A DNA stretch of 63,930 nt, filler included, from Octopus bimaculoides (GCF_001194135.2; 5 parts of 5 records of this genome joined end to end with filler, not necessarily neighbours in it), one strand, 5' to 3'; positions 27,916 through 40,860 are shown, numbered from the whole stretch's first letter. Notes: generated from the letters alone by a model not told the origin. Numbers and translations: made by a program.

Positions 27916-30274
27916 CTGTAATGCAAAAAAAAAAAAAAAAAAAATCAAACAGAATTTCGTTTTTAGTATTATCATGGCAAAAGTTAAAATATCTAAATGC
28001 ATGAAATGAAAGCTTCTTACTTTAGGTTTATGCTTCATGTACATTAGCTTACAACTCATTTCTTTCATATACTTCAGGCAAGACATTGAACTAAATTCAT
28101 CTATCAAACTTCTAATGATTGATATAGATTTTAAAGTTTTGTCAACTGAGACAGTGGCATAGCAAGAAGGGAATCCTTTTAGTACCCTCCTACAACCACC
28201 ACTTTGGTGAAAATAATACAGTTGTCCCTAACATGGGTAAAGGAAGAATTGTTAGAACATGAAGAGAGCAACTTGTGTTTTCAATTCTGATTCCTTGCAT
28301 CAAGAATTCAAATCCTTCTGAGAGTAACTTCACCGTTTATCTTTCTGAGATAAATAAAATACCACAAATAAAATGTATTGTGGTTGATTCTTCTGTCCCT
28401 CAACCCCCAACTAAGAATCTACAATGTTGTGTTGTAAGAAGGGTTGTGAGAGGCTACTTACAGTATCCCTCCCTTCCCCAGAGAAGATTTGACAAGGGAT
28501 TAGTAGTTTTTCCTTACAAAAAACTGATGTATTAATGAAACCAGCCAAGCTCCTATTTATGCAATACAACATGAAACAAAAATAAAGCAGACGTCAGCAA
28601 AACTTTTGACTGTCGAGATGAGAACATCTAAGTTGCTTACTTTTGGAATCTAACCAACACATCAAACCAAGATGGTTTGAAGGTTTCCTCTCCAATCACT
28701 TTTGTAAAGAATGCATTAATCAAGCTTCAACTTTTCTCAAACCTAGTGAACTTCAAGATTCAGTTAAATCATTGAGGCTCATACTTCTGTATATTAAGGG
28801 CTACTTACTGTTACTATTAACCATACTCATCTCTACACAAATGATATCATCTTTCACTCTTCCTTAGCCTTCTGTACACATACAAAAAATATAAAATAAA
28901 ATAAAAGAAAGAAACTGAGATACTTCATGACATATATTTACTGGTTCCATGAACAGTATCTTTTATCAATGGTGACAAGACAAGCAGGTGTAATTTAATA
29001 GTTTGACACTATTGCTACATATATCAAAGAAACAGTCTAGCATTATATCCACACCAGTCACATCAAAAGCTCTCAAAGTCACTACGTACATGAATCAACA
29101 CAATCTGAATGACTTCCCATTTGCTATATTACCAAACATTACTGAATGCAAAACTCAGAAACTAACTTGCTTGTCAGAAACAATTTCAACTCAGAAGTTT
29201 TCAATGTTCAATGAATACCTGTTGCAACAAACAATTTTGTTCATACCTTGGACTGCATTACTACTACACACAAACATACCACAGCAAATGAAGGTCAATT
29301 GGCTGACTATTACATTTCTCATTCTGCAATATAATACTAGTCTACAATACAATACTAGTCTACTGGTCTGCAATATAATACTAGTCTAGTGTGCTTTTTT
29401 TCTGACACTTCCACACTATGACAATAACTTTTGACTTTCAACTTTGAGCAAATACGTAAGCTATACATAAATACAGATAGCTATATATCAGGAAAGACAG
29501 AGAGACAGACAAATACACTCACACACATATCATTTGATCTAGATCTGCTTTCCCATGCTAGTATGAGTTATACAAATACATATTATAGAGGAATTGTTCC
29601 CCAGCTGGATATTCTGCCACATAATAGTGATTTTCCTTCAACTCATCTTCAAAAGTGTAGAGCTAGCAAACAATAACATTTGAAGCTCTTTCATGCAATG
29701 AGCACTATTCAACATTCATTCACACATATAAACATGCACACAAAAATATCATTATGTGTGTGGGTGTGAGAGAGAGAGACAGACAGACAGACAGTTTGGA
29801 GGATATATTCTCTGGGCAGATACTGTGGTACCTTCCATTTATATTCCTGGTTACAGCTAACTGCATCAATTAGTATTTAATGCCTAAGGCTACTAGGTGT
29901 TATCACTCACACTGTAAATTTCTCTGATGGGTAATTCTGTGTTCGCTTCATTGGATTGTGATATTATTTGGAGTATATATTTCCAATAAATATAATGACA
30001 CAGAATATGGAGAGTAGTAGATACTCAAAATTTACTTCCCTTCATTTTATGGTATTTCATACAGCATATTCTTATCTTAATATATAAAACAGAGTTTTTG
30101 CGTGTGTGTGTGTGTGTGTGCGTGTGCGTGCACGCGTGTGCGTGTATGTAACTGAGTCAATGATCAGTCATAGAGTGATCAGGCATTGGCTTAATTACTT
30201 TTAACACATTACTGCTCTATGCTTTGAAGTGTGCTTCTGTTTCAGATACAGGATATACTGACGATGTGTGTGCG

Positions 30275-30314
<40 letters not shown>

Positions 30315-30929
30315 TAGGATAAAAACTTTATAAGAATTTATCAAGTAGTTAACGTGAAAAATGAAAAAACCTCATAAGGAAAAAAAAACCATTTTTTTCC
30401 ATAAATATATATAATTTAATTTATATAAGGGCAANNNNNNNNNNNNNNNNNNNNNNNNNNNNNNNNNNNNNNNNNNNNNNNNNNNNNNNNNNNNNNNNNN
30501 NNNNNNNNNNNNNNNNNNNNNNNNNNNNATATATATATATATATATATAGTTGCAGGTGGGGCTGTGTGGTAAGAAGCCTGCTTCCCAATCACATGGTTC
30601 CAGGTTCAGTACAACTGCATGGCACCTTGGGCAAGTGTCTTTTACTATAGGCTTTGGCCAACCAAAACCTTGTGAGTAGGCTGAAACTAAAAGAAGCCCA
30701 TCATGTGTGTGTGTGNNNNNNNNNNGTGTGTGTGTGTTTGAGTGTCTGTCCCTCACCACCACTTGTCAACCATTGTTGGTTTGTTTACATTCCTGTAATA
30801 TGTATCAGGCTTAAAGAAAAGTAAATAAGAATGAATAAGTGTTCATTCAACTAAAAATTCTTCAAGGTAGTGTCCTAGTCATGGTCTAATGACTGAAAAT
30901 ATAAAAGATGTCTACATACATTTTGGGAG

Positions 30930-31200
30930 CAGGTTGTGTGTTGTGTTCTTGAGCAAGACACTTTATTTTACATTGCTATAGTCCACTCAGCTGTAGAAAT
31001 GAGTTGCAGCATCACTGGTGCCAAGCTATATCAGGCTTTGCCTTTCCTTTGGATAACATCGGTGGCATGGAGAGAGGAGGCTGATATGCATGGGTGACTG
31101 CTGGTCTTCCATAAACAACCTTGCCCAGACTTGTCCCTCGGAGGGGAACTTTCTAGGTGCAATCCCATGGTCATTCGTGACCAAAGGGGGAGGGTCTTAA
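30930..31200 (+). mobile_element. SINE-like family D (ttgagcaagacacttt...ggaggggaactttctaggtgcaatcccatggtc)
   Basis: Inverted copy at about 20500-20720; tail segment again at 62330-62390. Confidence 0.65.
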
Positions 31201-31823
31201 CCCTTTTCTTTTTTTTACTATATATACATATAATGCATTAGCCTGCTAGCCTTGGCTATGTCAAGATGGTTTTTATGGATTCTTCTTTCCCACTTAGATT
31301 TTAAATGTTGTCACAACAGTAAATATGTCCATTCAGTAAATTTTTTATATTTTTGTGCAGCTGAGGATTGCTCTGCATTTTGCATTTAATGTAATGCTCG
31401 CATTACTTAAATAAATGGAGTAGCATGAAGCGTGCGTACTGCAATAACCTCTAAAATCCATGTTGCTTTTTTTATATATATACATATATATATACATAAA
31501 TATATATATATATATACATATATATCTCCTTAAACTTTTATATTCATGAACTTTTAAAATCTATTACAGAAAATTAAACCTCCTTATACTCTACTACTTT
31601 TTATTATAGTTAATCTTGTTTTATTTTAACTTTTTCTTTTATTTTCCTCCTTGCAAGGTTGACTTTGCTTTTCATCCTTTTGGGATTGATAAAATAAGTA
31701 CTAGACAATCAACTAGACCCTCTCTGACAAAAAATTTCAGGTCTTATGCCTGAAGCAGAAAGAATTATTAAAGAAATGATTATAATGCAGACTGAAATAA
31801 AAAGGAGTTGTGACACTACTTAC

Positions 31824-31994
31824 TAATGAAAAATATTTATTGGTATCAAACTCTATAAGAAGAACAGGTCGCTTGTAATGTCGGCTCATGGCAACACACT
31901 GGTTGAACAGACGTCCATTACTGAGTGAACCAATCAAATCGCTTATGCTTTTTCTTTCAACGCAGATGTCAGGGGTCAAAATGTAATCTCCAAC
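31824..31994 (-). CDS. ERCC4: XPF/ERCC4 exon with catalytic GDY...VERKxxxD motif
   Basis: [57 protein letters not shown]; ttgcag acceptor, gtaagt donor, 171 nt, phase 0-0. Confidence 0.97.
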
Positions 31995-32379
31995 CTGCAA
32001 ATGAGAAATTTAATAAAGAGCTTTGTAGCACAAAGATTATACATACATATTACACATACATACATACATACACATTATACATAAACATACATACATGTCA
32101 GTGATGGTTGCCTTCCAAGCAATATATCCAGGTTCAACTCCTAGCCAATGCAAGCATTAGCTTTTATAGGCATAGACATGGTTGTGTAGCTAGGAACCAC
32201 AAGGTTTTGGGTTCAGTCTCACTGCACAGCACCTTGGGTAAGTATTTCTTGTACTATAGCCCTAGGCCGACCAATACCTTGTGAGTGAATTTGGTACGTG
32301 AAAACAACATGGAAGCCCATTGTGTGTGTGTGTGTGTGTGCTAATATATATATTTTATACACATTGCATGCATACATGT

Positions 32380-32705
32380 TCAAAGGTCGTGCTTCACCAC
32401 CTCATCCCAGGTCTTTCTAGGTCTACCTCTTCCACAGTTTCCCTCAACCGTTAGGGTGTGGCACTTTTTCACACAGCTATCCTCATCCATTCTTGTCACA
32501 TGTCCATACCAGCACAATCGTCTCTCTTGCACGCCACAACTGATGCTTCTTAGGTCTAACTTTTCTCTCAAGGTACTTACACTCTGTCGAGTATGCACAC
32601 TGACATTATACATCCATCGAAGCATACTGGCTTCGTTTCTTGCAAGCTTACACAAGTCCTCAGCAGTCACGGCCCATGTTTCACTGGCATGTAGCATAAC
32701 TGCAA
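32380..32705 (-). mobile_element. RTE LINE RT C-terminal fragment
   Basis: MLHASETWAVTAEDLCKLARNEASMLRW...GRGRPRKTWDEVVKHDL. Confidence 0.88.
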
Positions 32706-32735
32706 ATATATATATATATATATATATATGCAAAG

Positions 32736-32767
<32 letters not shown>

Positions 32768-33548
32768 AGNNNNNNNNNNNNNNNNNNNNNNNNNNNNNNN
32801 NNNNNNNNNNNNNNNNNNNNNNNNNNNNNNNNNNNNNNNNNNNNNNNNNNNNNNNNNNNNNNNNNNNNNNNNNNNNNNNNNNNNNNNNNNNNNNNNNNNN
32901 NNNNNNNNNNNNNNNNNNNNNNNNNNNNNNNNNNNNNNNNNNNNNNNNNNNNNNNNNNNNNNNNNNNNNNNNNNNNNNNNNNNNNNNNNNNNNNNNNNNN
33001 NNNNNNNNNNNNNNNNNNNNNNNNNNNNNNNNNNNNNNNNNNNNNNNNNNNNNNNNNNNNNNNNNNNNNNNNNNNNNNNNNNNNNNNNNNNNNNNNNNNN
33101 NNNNNNNNNNNNNNNNNNNNNNNNNNNNNNNNNNNNNNNNNNNNNNNNNNNNNNNNNNNNNNNNNNNNNNNNNNNNNNNNNNNNNNNNNNNNNNNNNNNN
33201 NNNNNNNNNNNNNNNNNNNNNNNNNNNNNNNNNNNNNNNNNNNNNNNNNNNNNNNNNNNNNNNNNNNNNNNNNNNNNNNNNNNNNNNNNNNNNNNNNNNN
33301 NNNNNNNNNNNNNNNNNNNNNNNNNNNNNNNNNNNNNNNNNNNNNNNNNNNNNNNNNNNNNNNNNNNNNNNNNNNNNNNNNNNNNNNNNNNNNNNNNNNN
33401 NNNNNNNNNNNNNNNNNNNNNNNNNNNNNNNNNNNNNNNNNNNNNNNNNNNNNNNNNNNNNNNNNNNNNNNNNNNNNNNNNNNTATATATATATAAGTTA
33501 CGGGAACGTAAACACACCACCATCGATTGTCAAGCAATGTTGGGGGTA

Positions 33549-33589
<41 letters not shown>

Positions 33590-34142
33590 GACAGGCTTCT
33601 TTCAGTTTCAGTCTACCAAATCCACTCACAAGGCCTTGGTCGGCTTGAGGCTATAGTAGAAGACACTTACCCAAGGTGCCACACAGTGGGACGGAATCTG
33701 GAACCATGTGGTTGGTAAGCAAGCTACTTATCACACAGTCACTCCTGTACCTATATATATATGTATTTTTACTGCAATATATATATATATATACATACAT
33801 ACATACATATATATCATCATCATCGTTTAACGTCCGCTTTCCATGCTAGCATGGGTTGGCCGATTTGACTGAGGACTGGTGAAACCGGATGGCAACACCA
33901 GGCTCCAATCTAATTTGGCAGAGTTTCTACAGCTGGGTGCCCTTCCTAACGCCAACCACTCAGAGACTGTAGTGGGTGCTTTTACGTGTCACCCGCACGA
34001 AAATATATATATATATATATATATATANNNNNNNNNNNNNNNNNNNNNNNNNNNNNNNNNNNNNNNNNNNNNNNNNNNNNNNNNNNNNNNNNNNNNNNNN
34101 NNNNNNNNNNNNNNNNNNNNNNATTTATAAATATATATACAC

Positions 34143-34516
34143 GTGGAGGCGCAATAGGCCAGTGGTTAGGGCAGCGGACTCGCGGTTTCGATTCCCAGAC
34201 CGGGCGTTGTGAGTGTTTATTGAGCGAAAACACCTAAAGCTCCACGAGGCTCCGGCAGGGGATGGTGGCGAACCCTGCTGTATTCTTTCACCACAACTTT
34301 CTCTCACTCTCACTTCCCGTTTCTGTTGTGCCTGTAATTCAAAGGGTCAGCCTTGTCACACTGTGTCACGCTGAATATCCCCGAGAACTACGTTAAGGGT
34401 ACACGTGTCTGTGGAGTGCTCAGCCACTTGCACGTTAATTTCACGAGCAGGCTGTTCCGTTGATCGGATCAACTGGAACCCTCGACGTCGTAAGCGACGG
34501 AGTGCCAAAAACAACA
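34143..34516 (+). mobile_element. SINE family B copy
   Basis: Reverse complement of the 21978 copy; low-complexity atatatacac flanks both ends (possible TSD). Confidence 0.85.
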
Positions 34517-35158
34517 ATATATACACACACACACAAACTGTGTGAGAGAGAGAGAGACAGACACACAGCCTTCTGCACAGTTTCTGTCTACCACATTCAT
34601 TCAAAAGGCATTGGTTGACCTGGGACTATAGGAGAAGAGACCTGTTTAAAGTGCCATGCAGTAGGGTGCAACCCAAAAATATGTAGTTGTAAAGTGAACA
34701 TAATCATACAGCCATACTTGTTATACTTAAAAAGAAAGAAAAAGGATTTCTTCACGAAATCACCCATGCCGGTGGCATGTAAAAAGAACCCACTACACTC
34801 AAAGTGGTTGGTGTTAAGAAAGGCATCCAGCTGTAGAAACCACGTCAAATCAGAGTGAAACCTGGTGCAGCTCCCCAACTTACCAGTTTTTAGTCAAACC
34901 CTCTAACCCATGCCAGCAGGGAAAACAGACGTTTGATGATGATGAAATGAAGATAAAAAAAACAACTAAAACAGCAAAGAAAGTTAATATTATTTCAAAT
35001 AAATGAAAATATTTTTCGCACTGCTTATTTTATTTTTTTATTTTTAATGTTAAGCCATTTGTGGGTGTATACAGGTAGGTATTTACATGAGTCTTAAGTT
35101 CACATCTGTAAATTATTTTTAGAACATGCCGGAAATTCATTGAAACCAGTGTGCTTAC

Positions 35159-35245
35159 CTCTAACGTAATAGGTTCTATATCAATACCTCGTCGATGCAA
35201 CAATGAAGGTAGTTCACTGCGAAATTCTCGCATATCAACAATGAT
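35159..35245 (-). CDS. ERCC4: XPF/ERCC4 exon, start of ERCC4 nuclease domain ([29 protein letters not shown])
   Basis: Hand translation matches the conserved XPF DxREF motif. Minus-strand acceptor ttgacttcag, donor GAG|gtaagc, 87 nt, phase 0-0. Confidence 0.95.
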
Positions 35246-35504
35246 CTGAAGTCAAACAAAATTTGTTTGTAAAATCATGGTGAGGTCAGTTTGCAAGCAG
35301 AAAGAAAAATCAAAAAAGAACAACTATAATGTAATCTATAAAAAGTATAGAAAAAAAAAAGGAAATAAATCTCATCATAACTCCATTATTATGCACACTT
35401 TTATAATTATTACTACTGCCACTACTACAACTATTAATACTTCCACCACTGCTGACCACCGTTACTACTATCGTTACCACTCTGCCACACTACCACTGCA
35501 ACTA

Positions 35505-35542
<38 letters not shown>

Positions 35543-35544
35543 GG

Positions 35545-36666
35545 GAGACAGTCAGTTTAGATGAGATGCAGTTTGGGTTCGTGCCTGGGAAAAGCACCAC
35601 TGATGCTATATTTCTGGTAAGACAGCTGCCAGAGAAATACCTAGCCAAAGATAAACCTCTGTACCTGGCCTTCGTCGACATGGAGAAAGCCTTTGACAGG
35701 GTCCTCCAATCCTTTATCTGGTGGTCAATGAGGAAACTAGGGATAGACAAATNNNNNNNNNNNNNNNNNNNNNNNNNNNNNNNNNNNNNNNNNNNNNNNN
35801 NNNNNNNNNNNNNNNNNNNNNNNNNNNNNNNNNNNNNNNNNNNNNNNNNNNNNNNNNNNNNNNNNNNNNNNNNNNNNNNNNNNNNNNNNNNNNNNNNNNN
35901 NNNNNNNNNNNNNNNNNNNNNNNNNNNNNNNNNNNNNNNNNNNNNNNNNNNNNNNNNNNNNNNNNNNNNNNNNNNNNNNNNNNNNNNNNNNNNNNNNNNN
36001 NNNNNNNNNNNNNNNNNNNNNNNNNNNNNNNNNNNNNNNNNNNNNNNNNNNNNNNNNNNNNNNNNNNNNNNNNNNNNNNNNNNNNNNNNNNNNNNNNNNN
36101 NNNNNNNNNNNNNNNNNNNNNNNNNNNNNNNNNNNNNNNNNNNNNNNNNNNNNNNNNNNNNNNNNNNNNNNNNNNNNNNNNNNNNNNNNNNNNNNNNNNN
36201 NNNNNNNNNNNNNNNNNNNNNNNNNNNNNNNNNNNNNNNNNNNNNNNNNNNNNNNNNNNNNNNNNNNNNNNNNNNNNNNNNNNNNNNNNNNNNNNNNNNN
36301 NNNNNNNNNNNNNNNNNNNNNNNNNNNNNNNNNNNNNNNNNNNNNAGAATAGCCTGGGCAAAGTTCAGAGAGCTCTTAACTCTGCTGGAGTCAAAAGGCC
36401 TCTCGCTCAGAGTAAAAGGCAGACTGTATGATGCATGTGTACGAACAGCCATGCTACATGGCAGTGAAACATAGGCCATGATTGCTGAGCGTAAGCTCAC
36501 AAGAAATGAAGCCAGTATGCTCCGATGGATGTGTAATGTCAGTGTGCATACTCGACAGAGTGTAAGTACCTTGAGAGAAAAATTGGACCTAAGAAGCATC
36601 AGTTGTGGTGTGCAAGAGAGACAATTGCGCTGGTATGGTCATGTGGCGAGAATGGATGAGGATAGC
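35545..36666 (+). mobile_element. RTE LINE reverse transcriptase fragment (gapped, nonsense codon at about 36472)
   Basis: QFGFVPGKSTTDAIFLVRQL...FVDMEKAFDRV, then RIAWAKFRELL...; conserved W codon replaced by TAG. Confidence 0.9.
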
Positions 36667-36667
36667 T

Positions 36668-37310
36668 AGAAGTGGGTAGGGGTTCACTCCCCTGCTTACA
36701 ATATATCGGATGCAGCTCTGCATCATTGACCAAGTAGAGGAGATGTCCTTTTGTGGTTAAAAAATTACAGTAGAGTCCGTTCGAACAGAAGGCCATGCTG
36801 AAGTGTCTCTGAATATTACTTGATAGTACAACTACTGCAATGATCTCTTAGAGAGATTTTAGAACTAGCATTTTTACTTATACATGTATTCTTGGGATTA
36901 ATTCTTGATAGAAAACATCAAATTTGAGATACTTGAAAATGTTAGAGTAGCCCCTTTGCTGGTCCACAGAGGGTTAAGTGACTATGAAAATATCTATTCT
37001 CCTAATATGAATGATACGTGGGGAGGTGGTACTGAAATTTTATAACACTGATTTAACATAATTTGACAGGAGATGATAGATGCTTTTGGTGTAATTGGCA
37101 ACATATGCACTCAAAATGTGATAGAAATAAGGTTTGAATGTTACTGGAGGGTTTCTTCCCCAAATCTCCTGAAACTGAAATTCTTGTTAGACAACATCTT
37201 TGCAGTATATTTTGTTAGAATATCCTATGCTCCATATGTTCTAATCTCAAGTACGCCTTTTGATTTAGTTATGTCCCTACATCCTTTCTGTAACTTCACA
37301 CTGTGGTGTG
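36668..37310 (-). mobile_element. Decayed L1/Tx1-like RT remnant
   Basis: Mostly open minus frame: RNPPVTFKPYFYHILSAYVANY...SVDQQRGY... parallels WRPISLLN.DYKILS..LANRL...SLDQEKAFD. Confidence 0.5.
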
Positions 37311-38438
37311 CGCTCTCTCTCTCTCATTACTTCTTCATCATCATCATCATCATCGTCGTTTAACGTCCGCTTTCCATGCTAGCATGGGTTGGACGATTTG
37401 ACTGAGGACTGGTGAACCAGATGGCTACACCAGGCTCCAATCTGATTTGGCAGAGTTTCTACAGCTGGATGCCCTTTTCTAATGCCAACCACTCCGAGAG
37501 TGTAGTGGGTGCTTTTATGTGCCACCGGCACGAAGGCCAGTCAGGCGGTACTGGCAACGGCCATGCTCAAAATGGTGTATTTTACGTGCCACCTGCACAG
37601 GAGCCAGTCCAGCGGCACTGGTAACGATCTCGCTTGAATGTCTTTTCACGTGCCAGGAAGGCGACGCTGGGCACAGGTGCCATCACAATTTCACTTTCCC
37701 CAACAGGATGACACCAACAAAACTAAAAATAATGATTTTAACACTAGTACAATGCTATAAATTTAGTGAGGAGAAAAATTAATTCAACCACAATATTTGA
37801 CTGATACTCTTTTACTTTATTTGATCAACCATAAAACAATCAACTTTGGCAAGATTAAAACTCAAAGTATAATGGGTTATAAAACCAAATATCACAAAGA
37901 ATTTTGTCCATTGATTTACTGATTCTACTAAACACTTTACTGATGAGTGCTACAAAAGTGGTTCAAGGAACAGTCACTCAAATTGTTTCTACTCCTAGAC
38001 TGTTACTTATTTTATCAAGGTGGACAGGATGAAAAGTAAAAGTGGATCTCAAGTGGCTTTAAACCCAGAATCTAAAGGGAGATAATGCATGCATTTTGTT
38101 AGCCCTCTACTCTCATTTATTAGTCTTGGTAGTAATTATTTCTTTTTGAACCCAGCAGGATGAGAGTATTTCATATAGGGACAGAACATAAAGCAAAATA
38201 ACTTTATATGGTGAGCTATTTAGTGTAATTCATACCAACTTTAATAACTTGGCCACAATGCTTCATTGTTTTAATAGATCTTAGTAATTATTTTATCAAT
38301 CATTAGAACATAAAGGAACATAGTACAATATTGCAAGACATTTAATCACTCATCCTTGCATTTCTACCTCCACAAGCTTCTTAATAATAATAATAATAAT
38401 AATAAAATAATAATTCGTAATAATGATAATAATAATAA

Positions 38439-38908
38439 GGTATAAACACAAACTAGAGAATGTGATAGAGAATAAGAATTATGGGATTTTATTAGATTTC
38501 TCTACAAAGACTGACCATACTATTGAAGCAAGATGACCAGATATGATTATAGAAGGCAAAAGAAGCAGTATAAGATCATAGACTTTGCAATACCATATGA
38601 TAACAGAGTAGATACCAAAGAAATGTTTTAAATTGAAAAACATCAGGACCTAGCCAGAGAGATGAAAAATTGTGGAAAACTGACAATAATTATTCCTGGG
38701 GTAACTGGTGTACACGGCACAACACTCAAACTCTACTTTACAGATTGAAGGATAGTGGAATTAAAACACATACGCTCAACCTGTAGAAAAAGTGCAATCC
38801 TGTATTCTGCAAGAATCTGAAGCAAAATGCTTGAGATTTGACGAGACTTGTTGTCATCAAAGCTCAAGATAACATCACTGCTGATTAAATTTACATGTAA
38901 TAGTTTTG

Positions 38909-38909
<1 letters not shown>
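38439..38909 (+). mobile_element. 5'-truncated R4/Dong-like non-LTR element with restriction-like endonuclease remnant
   Basis: DHTIEAR*PDMII...YKIIDFAIPYDNRVDTKE...EKHQDLARE...SAILYSARI; (TAA)n on both sides. Confidence 0.75.
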
Positions 38910-38955
<46 letters not shown>

Positions 38956-39258
38956 TCATAATAATAATAATAACAATAATAGTAATAATAACAATAATAA
39001 TAATAATAACAATAATAAGAACAATAATCATCATCATCGTTTAACGTCCACTTTCCATGCTAGCATGGGTTGGACGATTTGACTGAGGACTGGTGAAACC
39101 GGATGGCAACACCAGGCTCCAGTCTGATTTGGCAGAGTTTCTACAGCTGGATGCCCTTCCTAACGCCAACCACTCAGAGAGTGTAGTGGGTGCTTTTACG
39201 TGTCACCCGCACGAAAACGGCCACGCTCGAAATGGTGTCTTTTATGTGCCACCCGCAC

Positions 39259-39358
39259 NNNNNNNNNNNNNNNNNNNNNNNNNNNNNNNNNNNNNNNNNN
39301 NNTTAATTAATTAANNNNNNNNNNNNNNNNNNNNNNNNNNNNNNNNNNNNNNNNNNNN
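39259..39358. other. Assembly linker 44N-TTAATTAATTAA-44N
   Basis: Same construct; separates the XPF block from the CEP41 block. Confidence 0.9.
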
Positions 39359-39563
39359 ATGTATATCTATCTATCTATCTATCTTTGTGTATCTATTTAC
39401 TTATCTATATATATCTCTCTCTATTTGTCTGTCTGTTCACACATAATGGTGTGTGTAAAATAACGTTGAAAACCTCGTAGATATATATATATATATATAA
39501 AAAAAATACAAAAAACAAAGACGTGGAAGGTTGCCCGTCTAAGTCGAATACACATCTGTAAAC

Positions 39564-39576
39564 ATGACAGATGCGG
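39564..39576 (+). CDS. Candidate upstream/first CEP41 coding exon (MTDA+G)
   Basis: ATGACAGATGCGG|gtaatc gives a phase-1 donor that would join exon 40861 as MTDAGASLSKY (cf. RLDTGNSMTKY). Short and speculative. Confidence 0.3.
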
Positions 39577-39580
39577 GTAA

Positions 39581-40035
39581 TCCGCTGGCCCAATGGTTTC
39601 CCTTCATGGCAGAATTAATATTCAAGACTATTTAAGCATTTTATCTGATCAATTCATCCTATGGTTGCAGAATTGATAATGCACCAATTCACACAGCTAA
39701 AGTTATTACTGAATGGCACGAGGAACATTCTAGTGAAGTTGAACGTCTTATCTGGCCACCACAGTCGCCAGATCTCAATATGATTGAACATTTATGGTGC
39801 ATTTTAGAAAAACAAGTAAGGAGTTGATATCCTCCTCCCATCATCACTACAAGAACTGGAGACTGTTTTAGCTGAAGAATGGACCAAAAATTCCTTTGGA
39901 AACAATTCAAAGTTTGTATGAGTCCATACCTCGTAGAATTCAAGCTGTAATTACTGTCAAAGGCGGTCCCTTTCCATATTAAAATAAATTTTTTTTGAAA
40001 TTTTAAGGGGTTTCCATTATTTTGTCCAACCCCTG
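39581..40035 (+). mobile_element. Tc1-like transposon 3' remnant with right TIR
   Basis: SAGPMVSLHGRIN...DNAPIHTAK...WPPQSPDLNMIEHLW...SIPRRIQAVITVKGGPFPY*; ends ttattttgtccaacccctg followed by TA. Confidence 0.88.
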
Positions 40036-40860
40036 TATGTATACACACTCTACATAAACTCTTCTACATCCACCTTTCCAGGTATTTGATCGGAAAATCC
40101 CAGTCAACCCAAAATACAAACACATCAAACCAACGGTGGACACTGGTAAGTCCCTTTTTTACTCCATGGCTCTCCCCACCAAACCCTTCTTCCTTCAACT
40201 CTGTCCTTTTTTGAAGGGCCATAAAGTGCATGAGAGTTAAGTCTCTCAAAGGAGTCAACAAGGCAGTTTCTGTGTAGTTGCTTAGCTCAGCAAAAAATAG
40301 CAGTGAAGTCTCTGTTAAATTACTCCCCCCCCCACTCGTGTTGTTTTAGAAAAAATGTGTTGGAGGATGTAAGACAGGTTGGTCATGGATAGAACTGGTA
40401 CTGAATACTGTATTGTACTTCAAACAGTGTAGTCCTAGATACACTATGTCTGAATAAAAGATGGGAGGGTCACAGCCGGAACGTCTTTGATCATAGGTCT
40501 GTCTGGATCAGGACTGACCTGGGGTTAAACAACAACAACTATGGCCTCTAATACTAACTCCTATACTATACATTAGATAATGTAGTCCTAGATACACTTT
40601 GCCTGGAACCCTAACCCCAATGACCATGATTCCTGGGTGCTAATTTACAGTAAAACAGAAAACGAAGACAGGTGTATAAATAACAAGCAGGTGTATTAGT
40701 TTGATGCTTGGGAAAGTGAGGAAGTCTTTTATGTTTCGAGCCTATGCTCTTCAACAGGGAGGAACGAAGAAAACAAATGGAGAGAAAAATCCTGTCTAGA
40801 TTAACAGTTTCTCATGTTGAATAATATATATATATATTTTTTTGTTTATTTTCTTTTCAG

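Noticed and set aside
34143-34210. tRNA gene-like sequences (also heads at 546, 11050, 45175, 58272)
   Set aside because: They have A/B-box-like motifs but no complete cloverleaf and continue into multi-copy SINE bodies.
36960-37050. OTU-protease-like motif (MNDTWGGGTEI) on the plus strand
   Set aside because: No Cys-box or His-box in frame, and the opposite strand is better explained as a decayed RT.
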